NCBI GenBank assembly: GCA_030295235.1
Contig: AP026148.1
Coordinates: 248,001 to 312,000, forward strand
Source: Fistulifera solaris
Lineage: Eukaryota
DNA length: 64,000 bases
Direction of reading: 5' to 3'
A program made the translations under genes and the position numbers. Below, piece by piece: positions 1-11,332 of this stretch (within the stretch, counting starts at the first letter, position 1; each line of letters opens with the position of its first letter). The notes under the pieces were generated by a model. That model was not told where the DNA came from. It made no database searches and saw only the letters and a list, made by a program, of their open reading frames with translations.

Positions 1-142
1 CGACAAGTACATCGAAGTCACCGTGTTCGAGACCTTCAAAGAGCTCCGCGGCGGTCAAATTGGTAATTACGATGGTACTTTCCTCGTGGGCCTGAGCGGC
101 GCACGCGAATACTGCAAGAAAGAGAAGAAAGCCAAATTTCAT
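1..142 (-). CDS. 5' end of a secreted protein, probably rhodanese-like (runs off window)
   Basis: Hand translation from ATG at 142: MKFGFLLFLAVFACAAQAHEESTIVITNLTAAELFEGLEHGDFDVLV. Signal peptide followed by a segment resembling the start of a rhodanese domain. Not in the ORF track. Confidence 0.55.
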   Translation of the reverse strand, partial: MKFGFLLFLAVFACAAQAHEESTIVITNLTAAELFEGLEHGDFDVLV

Positions 143-589
143 GATGTTGGATCAAAAGTTTTTGTAAGTTGCAATGGCAGTGAAACCGTGGCAAATTCGT
201 CGGATTGAAATAGTAGAATGTGTCGATGTTTGTTTGCCTGTAGTGGCCTGTGCAGGATTTAAAATTGAACCGAAGTCGATTGCGGGTCGATCTTTGGATC
301 ATCGTTCGCTTTGGACCTCGGGAGTCTCACGATAATTGTACGGACAATCGTGAGTCTTGGGTCTTGAGTTGGATCCGAGCCGGTCGGACTAGGGACAGAC
401 GTTCTTGTCCGATTCGGCTACTATGGACGCAAAGTGTTGTCTTGATCTTGACGACATGACTGGATATTTCGTATTGAGTCACGATCGTGATGTTCTTTTA
501 TGGTATTGTTTTGCAATAACGTTTTCGTCACTGCATCTTTACTGCGGGCCCATTATGTTTTGACTCTTGTCTCCTCTTTCATTACATAC

Positions 590-1752
590 ATGAAATCAAT
601 CGCTCGTTTTCTTATGAAAGGCACCGCTCTCGTCGCACATGCGTATACACCGCCGTCATGGTGTTCTCTCCCACCTCCACCGCACGGTCGATTGTCACTC
701 GCGCACCTTCCGACGCCCCTCAACCCTCTGACATTGCACGGCGAAATCGGAAAACCACTCACGGAGCACAATATTTCCTTCTGGATCAAACGCGATGACA
801 TGACGGGAGGCATCGAATGGGGTGGGAACAAGATTCGGAAACTAGAATTTTTGTTGGCGGATGCGCAACAGGGTGATTGCACAGCCGTCTTGACCATCGG
901 CGGTGCCCAAAGCAATCATTGTCGTGCGACGGCTGCGGCCGCACGGCGACTCGGACTGGAGCCTCATCTCATTTTGCGCACAAGCAGTAGTGATATCGGG
1001 ACGGTGGGGAATTTGTTGATGGTTTGGGTTCCGAAGTACTGGTGCAGCGTGTGGCGGAAGCGATCGAACGAGATACACAACACAAAGTGTATCGCATTCC
1101 GGTGGGTGGTAGTAACGCGATTGGGACGTGGGGGTATTTGCAAGCTGTTGATGAAGTTATTCAACAACAGCCATCGGCTTCCCTTGATCACATTGTATTC
1201 GCTTGTGGGAGTGGCGGAACGGCGGCGGGGATTGTATTGGGATTTGCGATGGCATATGAGAAGGATGCATTGGAACACATGCCGCAACTCCACGCCGTCG
1301 GAGTCTGTGATGACCCGGATTACTTCTTTGCTTACATGGCCCGAATTGCCGTGGATATGGGATTTTCTATCGATCACTACAACAACGACAAGTATGAGTC
1401 CGTGGAAGATTATTTGCGTCAGCACGTGACTTTGCATCAAGGGAAAGGAAGGGGTTACGCCGCAAGTACACCGGAGGAACTCCAGTTCGGTGTCGATTTT
1501 GCGCATGCGACAGGAATTGTGTTAGACCCAGTCTATTCGGGAAAGGCGCTCTATCATTTTTGGACACGTGTTTTGCAAGATAACATTAATTCATTTGCAA
1601 ATCAATCGATTCTATTTTGGCATACGGGTGGTGCTTTGGGTCTTTATAACAAATGTGGGGAACTTACCGAGTCCACTTCGATATTGGCCGGCTCGCCTTG
1701 TCAGAAGTTAGATGTGTACGGCAAAGGAAATGGTTTAAATATTAATGGATGA
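590..1752 (+). CDS. D-cysteine desulfhydrase / ACC deaminase family PLP enzyme, interrupted near 1021
   Basis: ORF1 has HLPTPL, IKRDD, GGNKIRKLE (PLP lysine), GGAQSNHCR and GNLL. ORF2 has PVGGSN, ACGSGGT, LDPVYSGK and HTGG. The junction has no GT-AG intron and appears to lack residues. Confidence 0.85.
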
Positions 1753-2054
1753 GTGACCCCAAGTAGAGACAAGTGCGATCAGGTGGATATGTGCATCATG
1801 AGATGTTTATGTTGATGATTATTTTCGTTAAGGACTGACAACAACGTCGAAGGTCTCATCTTCCTAATCATTGCAATTGGAGGTCAATGTGGCCTGTGCG
1901 TGCTCGTGTTACGTATAAATAGTTACGGTGCATGCTTCACTAGAACATCCAACTAGCTAGTGCAATATGTAACTGGATCGGCTAAAATGAAGCAAAAGAT
2001 TATTTCAAAGATCAAGCGTATGACTCAAAGGCTTTTTTTCTGAAACACGGAACG

Positions 2055-3513
2055 TTAAAGCTGTCGCTGTCGCTTTCTTTGGTGTTGGAGTTCCAAAGAA
2101 GGCGGGTCGCTCAGCATAGTGCAAAGCACATCAGAGTTTACGGTCAGCAATGGATAGAGTCTTGAAAAGCAACCACTCGTCCAGCGTGTCAATGCAGCTC
2201 CAAATATCGCTGGTCGATCATCGATCGACTCGCGGGTCATGGCTTTCGCATCGTTGAGGTAACGCACCGGCGCTAGGACAGCTCTCATTTCGCGTACAAC
2301 TTCAAGCCACGGACCGCGGTCTTCGACAGTGACATCCAGATGAATTTGGTTGTGTGCAAAAGGAATCAAACTTTTGACCTGTTCCAAATCGATTTGATGT
2401 CTTTCCTGTCGAAAAACAACAGCGCGTAGTCTGCTATGGGAAGCAATTACCGCAAGTAGATCGTCCCAAAATGGGCGAAGAACCGTTAGACATCCTAGCT
2501 CTAATCGATACAAATTCTGGTTTGTTCGAATTGCTTGTAAAAGTTCCGCTTGTTGTGCCAATGAAAGTGGGTCGTAGCCTTTATAGATGATTCCAAGTTC
2601 TTGCAGGTTTCCACTGGCAAGAAGAAACTGAGTATGAAATAGAGGGTCAACCAAAAGTTCAAAACGCAGTTATTGCCCGAGAAACGATAGCAAGAGATTG
2701 ATTCTCTCCCAATTGAATAGCATCATAAATGCGGTAATCAAGGTGCTTTGTCGGTAAAGACAGCGGCAGACGACGCTGCGAGTCTTGAAAAAACCGAGTA
2801 GTCGTTTCCAGTGAAATGTTTGCAAGTGCACTTTTGACTTCGAAAAGGTACCCAAAGGAGGAATACATGCCGCTTTCGTGCGCCGCAATGGTACCGAAGT
2901 GCGTCGTTCGTCTAGCTAGCGCTTCGACAAAAGCATGTCCCTGATCAGCAAACGTACACTCCAGACCCACGTTAAGAGGCTCCGGATGAGATGCTAGTGC
3001 GACCGATTCTTCCGCAGAAAGCTTGCACCCGCAACCAAAGTATAGTCGTCTCTTTGGATTAACTTTCATATATTCAGCAAGAAAACGCGAAGTGATAAAA
3101 GTTGTAGGGACCACAGAACGGGCTTCACCAGCGCTGTATCTCCCAATACGGACGACATCGGATGTTTCATCCATTAAATATAACATTTCCTCTATCGTTT
3201 GCGCTACGCTTTGCTTTGTCATACCATAAACATACACCTTGCCATATTCCAAGTCAATCTTCGAAGTTCCTTTTCGAAACTTGGACTTGACCGTGGTTGG
3301 AAGCTTCCTCGTCATCAGAAAGACTTCCTCGTCCCACCAGACGACTTTGCTATACATAAATCTCATCAGATGAGTTGCATTGAGAGGCGAATGAGTCTTT
3401 CGGTAAAACTCCATGTTCCTGCTCCACTTGGTCGCGCTTAACTGCGTCATGAGGAGATTCTTGACGTCGTCAAACTCTTCGACAGGTATTTTTTCAACCC
3501 AAGAAGAATCCAT
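2055..3513 (-). CDS. Lineage-specific LRR/RNI-like family protein, frameshift near 2660; paralog of 61828-63311
   Basis: ORFs 2659-3513 and 2055-2654 join collinearly with the paralog. LxxLxL-type segments and a basic C-terminus QHQRKRQRQL. Confidence 0.75.
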
Positions 3514-4815
3514 CGTGCTTGAGAAAATGAAAGGGTCTTTTGTTTTATCAGTTTCACAAAACTTATAGAAAACACCGCAAAAACAATTACACAGAGCTTA
3601 AAGAATACTCCGGAGTAATAAATGATATTCCGGAGGAGGATCGGAGATTGTGTCGTGGATCTTATTTTTCTGAGAAAACTTGTGTTAGAAACAGCGTTAA
3701 CATTCAGCCTTGTCGTGGAGGCAGAATTGTAACGTCCTTTCTCTCTAGTAGCTTGTGCGCGAGTGGCTACTTTGTATTCTCCCCCTTCTCAAACATGATA
3801 CATGATGGACTGACTACTTCGTACTTTGTATACCGTGTGTGTGTCGTGCGTCTTAAAACCCAATAAACTTATAGAGAAACCGCTCGGGACTCGATCCGCA
3901 TTGTTCATCATTCATCATTAATATATCGCGTCGCCTCGCACCATGACGACGAAAAGTAATAATCAATCAAACGGAGTATTGAGGGAAAACGGTGTGTGAT
4001 CGATTCAATAAAAAAAGGATACAATCTTCACATGGAAACCCATCAGTGAAAAAGAATATCTGCTCGTTTCAAGACAAGGAATATAAAAATGAACCAACAG
4101 CATCGCTGGTACTGGCATCCTCACATGGGTTGGGTCGACGTACTATTGAGTATGCTCATGTCCTTTTTTTCCTGTGACAAAAGCCATGGAGAAAGAACCC
4201 AACGAACGATGCTTGCAAAAGTCACAGGAAATCCGTAGTACCATGACGGCCCTGTGTCGATCGGGTTCGAAAAAGCCTTGAAACAATGAAACTCGCACAT
4301 GGGATATGTCATTTTCAAAATTGGTGCAGGAATTGACGCGAGTTCTCTTTCCGCTGTATTCCTAATTTGTTGTGCCTCTTTGTGCATGGATCTCTCTTTG
4401 TTCCTGCTGTAGCAACAACTTTACCTCCTCTCAATTTTGGATGTCGGAACTTATTTTTGCGGAAAATCGTGTTCTCTAGGTTCAATTTTTAAGGTCAAAG
4501 TACTTGTATGCGTCCGAGACTTTGATTGATGCATTTAAAAATAGTTTTCACGGGGTGGTTGGTGAAAGCTGTGTATTGTAAACTAGCCCTTAGGTCATCT
4601 CAAAGTGGACGACTTACTAACTTGCCCTGTAAGTCGAAAACTGTTGCCAAGTTTGCAAGATCCGGGACTCCGCGTGACGCCGTCATAATTCGTGACAGGA
4701 GAAATTTTTTCCTGTAAAATAAAATAAGAAAGTACTCGTACTCCGTAATTGACAATAACATTGACATGCTGAGCTTAGGATTGACTATGCTAATCGTTTC
4801 ACTCGCGCTAGCAAC

Positions 4816-6282
4816 ATGATTCTTCTATTTTTCTTCTTTAAGATTATCCTCTTCTTCGTACCGATCGTAGAAAGCTCCTTCTTCGGCGGCTTTCGTCGTC
4901 TTAAAGTTAATCGGAACGATCGTTGGCTTTCTCAACTTCGTGCCGGAGCGGACAATGCCGAGACATCCACGACACTGAATATTCTTTTCCTCATGGACAG
5001 TTTCTGTTACTATCACGGAGGCTATTTAGCAGCTTGTACACAGGATATTCCCAATACCGTTGTCATTCCGGTCTTATCCGATTATCTCGCCGACTATTGT
5101 CAAGCCAACGATCCGGATGATGTGGAGAAATGGGAATCCATGCGCATGCATCACTGGCAAGAACGTTTACAAGAGTTCACTGCCACACATAATGGAGCTG
5201 CGGAGCGAATCGCTGTGTACTGCGAATCTGATTCGGGTCTCGCGGATGCTGAAGCCCTGCGGCAACAATTAGTCTCACAAGGACGAAATGTTTTACACGA
5301 CAATCCCATTGAATTGGAAGCACGACGCAACAAATATCTGATGCAAAAATGTCTTCAAGAGACCACTTGCCTGCCGACCGTACGGCAACGATTGTGCCAT
5401 TCGTTGAACGAAACGCTGGAATTTTGGGAACAAGAAGGTCGAGTAGTCGTCAAGCCACATCGTGGCGTGGCGTCCGAATCGGTACGATTGTGTCACTCAC
5501 GACAACAAGTCGAACAGGCGTGGCACGATATTACTTCGTCATCTGTGTTTGGTGCACGACAACAGCAACATACGACTGTCGTAGTGCAAGAATGGTTGCA
5601 GGGGACGGAATATGCGATTGATGTTATCAGTCGGAATGGTCAACACAAAGTGGCTGCGATATGGAGATACGACAAAAGACCCGCCAATGGTGCCGCATTT
5701 TGCTACTTTCAAACCAAACTAGTCGATGCGGCGAGTGATGAAAACGTGATGGCGGTATTTGAATATGTGAAATCGACATTGAATGCTTTGGGTGTGCAAT
5801 GGGGTCTCAGTCATAATGAAGTCATTGTCCGGTCCGATACCCGTCAACCCATGTTAGTGGAGATCAATTGTCGTCAACACAATATGGACTTTGCGCCATT
5901 GACGATGGCTTGTATTCGATACAATGCATTCCAAATATTACTGGGTGCTTATTTCGGCGGAGACGATGAGTGGGATCAATACCCCGAACTTCCGACACTT
6001 CAAGCACACGGTTGCATGGTACATTTAGTCAATTATGCCCGCGGCTCGTTGGTGCAAGTTCATCATCTGAAGGATATATCAGCATTACCAAGTGTTTTGG
6101 AGTTTGAAGTGTATGAAGAGTTTCAAACTCCATCGACATGGTTGGAACCCACGATTGACATTCGAACGGATGCGGGTTGGGTACAGCTCATCAATGAAGA
6201 TCCGGAGGCCTTGCAGCATGATTATGAGCAAATTTTGGCCTGGATGCCCGACATGTTCTCAGTAAGTGAGGATGGTGGATAA
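4816..6282 (+). CDS. ATP-grasp domain protein with N-terminal signal peptide
   Basis: RRNKYLM, VVVKPHRGVASESV, VVQEWLQGTEYAID, HNEV and VEINCR motifs; hydrophobic leader. Confidence 0.85.
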   Translation: MILLFFFFKIILFFVPIVESSFFGGFRRLKVNRNDRWLSQLRAGADNAETSTTLNILFLMDSFCYYHGGYLAACTQDIPNTVVIPVLSDYLADYCQANDPDDVEKWESMRMHHWQERLQEFTATHNGAAERIAVYCESDSGLADAEALRQQLVSQGRNVLHDNPIELEARRNKYLMQKCLQETTCLPTVRQRLCHSLNETLEFWEQEGRVVVKPHRGVASESVRLCHSRQQVEQAWHDITSSSVFGARQQQHTTVVVQEWLQGTEYAIDVISRNGQHKVAAIWRYDKRPANGAAFCYFQTKLVDAASDENVMAVFEYVKSTLNALGVQWGLSHNEVIVRSDTRQPMLVEINCRQHNMDFAPLTMACIRYNAFQILLGAYFGGDDEWDQYPELPTLQAHGCMVHLVNYARGSLVQVHHLKDISALPSVLEFEVYEEFQTPSTWLEPTIDIRTDAGWVQLINEDPEALQHDYEQILAWMPDMFSVSEDGG

Positions 6283-6568
6283 GTGAAAATACAACTCCAT
6301 CGCATCCTGCATGGGATGGGGGATAACTGAAAACACAACTCCATTGCAACCATCTTCATTTTGTCTCACTTAAATGTACCACGAATCACTCATGGAGCAA
6401 CGCTACTGTATACTAATACGCATCCAAGCATCCAAGCATCCTGAAATACTCAAATAAGTATTTAATATTAACTCTGCTACGTTTTCTAGTTGCTGAAACG
6501 AAATTGCTAGTGGATGCCTCTTGTCATCCTCGTCGTTCGAATTATGGATTGATGGACAGTGCAAGCTC

Positions 6569-7270
6569 TTACAACTCGTTCCCGGTGGTCGATTTGCCAG
6601 TCTCCTTTATTTCTTTCTGTTTCACGAGTTTGGTGAGAATTCGTCGACGACGTAGATTCCATTCTTGAATATCCTTGACTAACAAATTGACGTCCATGGC
6701 GTACAATCGTTTTCTCAGAAGGACCAACTCATCAAGAGACTTCTTCTTGACGAGTTTGATATAGTCCTTTTCCATCTTATTGCAGTGTTTGCCATTCAAG
6801 TCACAAAGGACCGTGTTTCCGGCTTTTTCAATGTAATCTACCATCACGTCAAAGTCGCGCAATTCATCGTGCATTTTTTGATTGGTCTTTTGGACATAAT
6901 CGGCTCCGTCAACACCCGTTTCACGATTAAAGTAGCGGATAGTCGGCCAACCGAATTGACTGGGCCAATGGGGAGCGCCCTTGAGAGTATCGGCTTCGGA
7001 CAAGTTGATATCTCCAAAGACGACTTTTTTGTTGTCAGCAAATGCCCTAACGGCCCGATTCCATGTCGGTGCTTGTCGGAGACAATCCGCATGATCCGGG
7101 TCACTCACCCAACGCACAAATAGTGTTTGACTCTTTTTGATCGCCTGGTTGACTAACTCGTTCAACTGATCGCGGTCTTTGATTTCGGTCACAAAATCAA
7201 AGTGATCATCTGGATACATTGTCGCCCTTGCGACCGAGCAAATCCAGAGAAAGGTGAACAGGATCTTCAT
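6569..7270 (-). CDS. ER thioredoxin-fold / PDI-like protein with degenerate active site
   Basis: Signal peptide, LFVRW...HADC.RQAP.W, FGDINL, GWPTIRYF (cis-Pro loop), helical C-domain and GNEL ER-retention-like end. Confidence 0.75.
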   Translation of the reverse strand: MKILFTFLWICSVARATMYPDDHFDFVTEIKDRDQLNELVNQAIKKSQTLFVRWVSDPDHADCLRQAPTWNRAVRAFADNKKVVFGDINLSEADTLKGAPHWPSQFGWPTIRYFNRETGVDGADYVQKTNQKMHDELRDFDVMVDYIEKAGNTVLCDLNGKHCNKMEKDYIKLVKKKSLDELVLLRKRLYAMDVNLLVKDIQEWNLRRRRILTKLVKQKEIKETGKSTTGNEL

Positions 7271-7709
7271 TATCGTGCTTCTTATGGCTTTACTACGACC
7301 TTGGCTCTCCTACAATCAGGGATAAACCATCTAACCGTCTACCAGGCAATTGACTTTATTGTTGAGTGCCAAAGATTGCCAAGGATGCCAATCACAACAA
7401 ATCGAAGTGCTTTTTTAGTGTCAAATCACAATGACTGATGTTGGCTCTGTGTGACTGTATGACCCCGAGTCAGTCGTGGACCAAGCGGGTCATGGTCGTG
7501 AGCCAAGTCGCTGTAAGACAAAAATCGCCCAAACTTGTTCTCTTGTCTTGCCGTCGTCAGTTGCGTTGACAAGAGTGAGTCTCTCCGCAAAAAATAATAT
7601 AATCGAACCTAAATTATGTTATTGCGTATCATAATATTTCAAACACCTTTTTTTGCCTTAGAAAGTCATCACTCTTACATTCATTTTAATTTATAAAAGA
7701 AAATAAAAA

Positions 7710-9189
7710 ATGGGGGTGATGGAAAAGATCAAAGAGATAGAAGCCGAGATGGCCCGGACGCAAAAGAATAAGGCCACCAACTACCATCTAGGGACCTTGA
7801 AAGCTAAATTGGCAAAATTGCGAAGTGAATTGTTTCTGGAGCAATCAGGCGGAGGAGGCGGTGGATCTGGGGAAGGATTCAGTGTCGCTCGAAATGGTGA
7901 TGCCCGTGTTGCGTTGATTGGGTTCCCTTCCGTGGGAAAAAGTAGGTACGTTCTTGATCAAAATTGTGATAACCTACATCGCTCAATTTGTGTATGAGGA
8001 TAAGAAAATCTCATGTCTTTCTATTTCAAATTTATCTTCATTCAAAAGTTTGTTGAGTAGCCTCACCACCACCGAATCTGAAGCAGCAGGTTACGAGTTT
8101 ACGACACTCACTTGTATTCCGGGTGTTTTAAATTACAAAGGATCCAAAATTCAAGTCCTCGATCTTCCCGGAATCATTGAAGGTGCCGCGCACGGTGCCG
8201 GGCGTGGAAAAGAAGTCATTGCGGTAGCTCGTTCGGCTGATGCGATTCTTATTGTATTGGACGCCGGAAAGGAGGGTTTGCAGAAACACCGAGAGATTCT
8301 GGAACGAGAACTTGAGACAGTGGGCATTCGTCTCAATGAGAAGCCACCTGATGTGACCGTGAGCAAGCGTAAGACGGGCGGCGGAGGTGTTCGATTTGCT
8401 TCGACAGTACCACAGCCGCATTTGGGTCCTGAACCCGAGAAAGTGGTGACACAGATTTTACGTGAATACAAGATTACCGCTTGTGATGTTCTGGCCCGGG
8501 AAGAGATTACGGTTGATCAGTTGGTGGATGTCGTGTCGGGAAATCGCGAATATAAGCCTTGCCTTTATTTATACAATAAGATTGATACTGTGACAATTGA
8601 AGAAATCGATCAATTGGCACGAATGCCTCACTCAATTGTCGGATCGGTTGCCGAAGGATTCAACATAGCTGGGCCGATGGAAGATGATCTGCTGAAACAG
8701 AAAATATGGGAATATTTAGGACTGACGCGCATTTACACAAAACGAAAGGGTACGTTATGTTTTTCGAGAAGACATCGCATCAGAAGCTGAGCTCGTTCAG
8801 TTCAGCTGCTGTTCTTTTTATCTGCGAAACCTTACGTTACTCTGTCTCTTCTGGTTTAAGGCTCACCGCCCGACTTGGTCGAACCCGTGATTTTATCGCA
8901 GATTCGAAAGGGTACATCGGTGAAATCGCTCTGTGACAACATTTCGTCCGAAATGCTGCGCGATTTCAATTACGCACTGGTGTGGGGGAAAAGTGCGAAG
9001 CATGCTCCGCAACGTTGCGGATTGACACACAATTTAGATGATGAAGATGTTGTTCAGATTGTACCCCGAACCGTGAAGCAACAACAGAATGACAGGAACT
9101 ATACGAACCTTGCTCAAAGTTTTGCGGACAAGCACGCCAAGAAGCGCCTGGAAGCCAAGAAGCAAAAGCAGGCCCGGCTGCGGGGTTGA
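7710..9189 (+). CDS. DRG2: Developmentally regulated GTP-binding protein (DRG2-like), 3 exons
   Basis: [41 protein letters not shown] and a TGS domain. Introns 7946-8048 and 8750-8860 restore the frame. Confidence 0.93.
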
Positions 9190-9266
9190 TCATCTGACGT
9201 AGTGCTCTCAAATAAATCTAATAGTCTGTATTGCAGGAACGCATTGGGTCGTTGTTACTTTTTGTT

Positions 9267-9368
9267 GACCAGATCTTCTGGGTTATTGAAAATATGGGCG
9301 AGTTGTATTTTGACGTGTCCAGAAAATCTGGGCGTTTGGTAATTTGACGTATCCAGAAAATCTGGGCG
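9267..9368. repeat. Degenerate 34-bp tandem repeat (about 3 units) containing the palindrome CCAGAnnnTCTGG
   Basis: GAAAAT(A/C)TGGGCG ends at 9300, 9334 and 9368. TTTGACGT(G/A)TCCAGAAAATCTGGGCG occurs twice. Confidence 0.8.
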
Positions 9369-10303
9369 GGTGGTACCACGTACTTTTGGCAATAATACCA
9401 TGCCATGCTGGTGGACCAGAAAATTATAGTCGTGAGCGAAGCGAATGAAAGAACTCATTTTCGCGCTTTTTAAATGTCATTTCCCATGATCTTTCTCCCA
9501 TCGCCATTCGCCATCAGGTAGCAGAGACCTTTCTTGATTGCGTTTCGCAAAGAACTTGCTTTCTCGCTTTGAACCGAATCCATACATTGATAGTGCTTTG
9601 CTGATATCCAAAGCGTCATTACTGTAGAGACGGAACCTTATAGACTGGTATAAGTCTTTCTTTAATCAAGCGAAGTAAATTGAGACGCTTTCCCGATATT
9701 AAATGTCAGTTCATCGTCCATGAAGACGTCTGGCGACAGGCGACTTTTATTCGAAGTCGCAAATCATATTTTTAGCTCAAGGCGATCGATATCTGCAATA
9801 AAAATTGTAGAACTAATCGAATTAGGGAAATATTGATGCGTTTGCATATTTTTGGTAGCGACAACGCTGCATACAATACGTTCGTTTAGCCGCTTTCTTT
9901 GGAAACCATTATTTTTCGTTATTGCAGTGAAATAGGCTTTGGCAGCGTTTGTACTTTGTACTACACGGCTCAATATTATTTGTACGTCGAAAATCTTTGC
10001 GAAATGTTGTCTGCGTATTTACTATAGACAATAGTGTCGTCCGTTTTTCGCCACGACTGCACTTCAGTCATTTTTTGAAAAGTGAAAGAGCAAGTTGAAC
10101 GAAAAAAAAAAGTTGAACGAATGTCAATTTTTTTTACATAGGATGTTCGTTCGTCTAAAAAAACTAGCCATCTGATTGGCTAGAGCGGTAAAAAATACTC
10201 ATCTGATTGGTCGACACGAGGGGCCTTTTGGATAAAATGTCGCTACGGTTCAATTATTTCCTATATAATTCCGACGACGGACGTTCCAATTGGGTCCACA
10301 AAC

Positions 10304-10896
10304 TAGAGGTGTGGCTAGAGGTAAAATGGACTCTAGTGAAGTGACTAGTGAGCCAAGTCATTCTAGTGAAGTGAAAAGTGAAAAAGTGAAAAGTGGTACT
10401 GATATCTGTATAGTGTAAAGTGTACAAGTCATTAGCTGTGTCCTGACACCGGATGCAAGATACTCCGGAGTAATAGGAAAGAGTTCCCTCCTCTCAATGG
10501 TTGCTAGGAAATGGCTAGGTGTTTGCGCTACATCAACAGCTTCGGAGAGAGTGTTCTCGAGCTGTGGCCTTACTTTGAAGCGCACAAAATTGAAAGGGAC
10601 CACACTGGAGACTCAGCTGAAATTGAAGTATAACCTGGCACCCTGTGGACTGACCATTGGTGAAAATAGGCGAAGCAATTTAAGTTACAAGCTCAGTAGC
10701 TATTATTTGCTATCGCTTGTTATTCCATTTGTGTTATGTTGCCATAGTTTTTTGCACCGTTCATGTCACACGTAGGCGTTACGTAGACATGGTACACTTC
10801 TAGTGAATCAAGTGGAGTGAAAAGTGAGTGAAGTGAAAAAGTGAAATTTTCAACTCTAGTGAAGTGACTAGTTCTAGTGAAAAAGCCACACCTCTA
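10304..10896 (+). mobile_element. Non-autonomous hAT transposon (593 bp internal-deletion derivative)
   Basis: Perfect 13-bp TIRs TAGAGGTGTGGCT/AGCCACACCTCTA. Perfect 8-bp TSD CCACAAAC at 10296-10303 and 10897-10904. Subterminal CTAGTGAA/AGTGAA repeats. Internal ARKWLGVCATSTASERVFS matches the hAT C-terminal dimerisation domain. Confidence 0.95.
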
Positions 10897-11332
10897 CCAC
10901 AAACATAAATAATACGTAGTACGTAGTACTCCGTAAGATGGTACAAGTAGGGTGTTGTTTCCTGCACCCGCGTCGTCGGTCCCCATAGTCTGGAGTCCTG
11001 TCTGATTCATTCCACAACCAATGGAGCGGTCGGCGTTTTATATAGCTATAAGTGTACTATGGGATTGTGAAATAAATGACGTGATGACGTAAATGCTGGT
11101 TGAAATAGCGCGATCTTGCGCCTCATGTGATAAACTTGTTGATTAGGAACTCGGCATTGACTTGCTAATAAATAATAGCGATACCTAAACAATGAGATTG
11201 TCTTGTTGAAAGGTTTATGCACGAATAAGAAAGAGAAACCTTTGAATATTCAGCTTAAAGGATTAAATTTCGTATCAGGAGCTCATCATTACAACGAAAA
11301 TACAACAGCAACAATCTTCACCCAACAAATTG

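Noticed and set aside
4121..4387. 88-aa minus-strand ORF
   Set aside because: No recognisable motif. It may be a gene fragment but cannot be supported.
9267..9368. CRISPR-like palindromic repeats
   Set aside because: Only 2-3 degenerate units with about 8-bp spacers, eukaryotic context and no cas genes.
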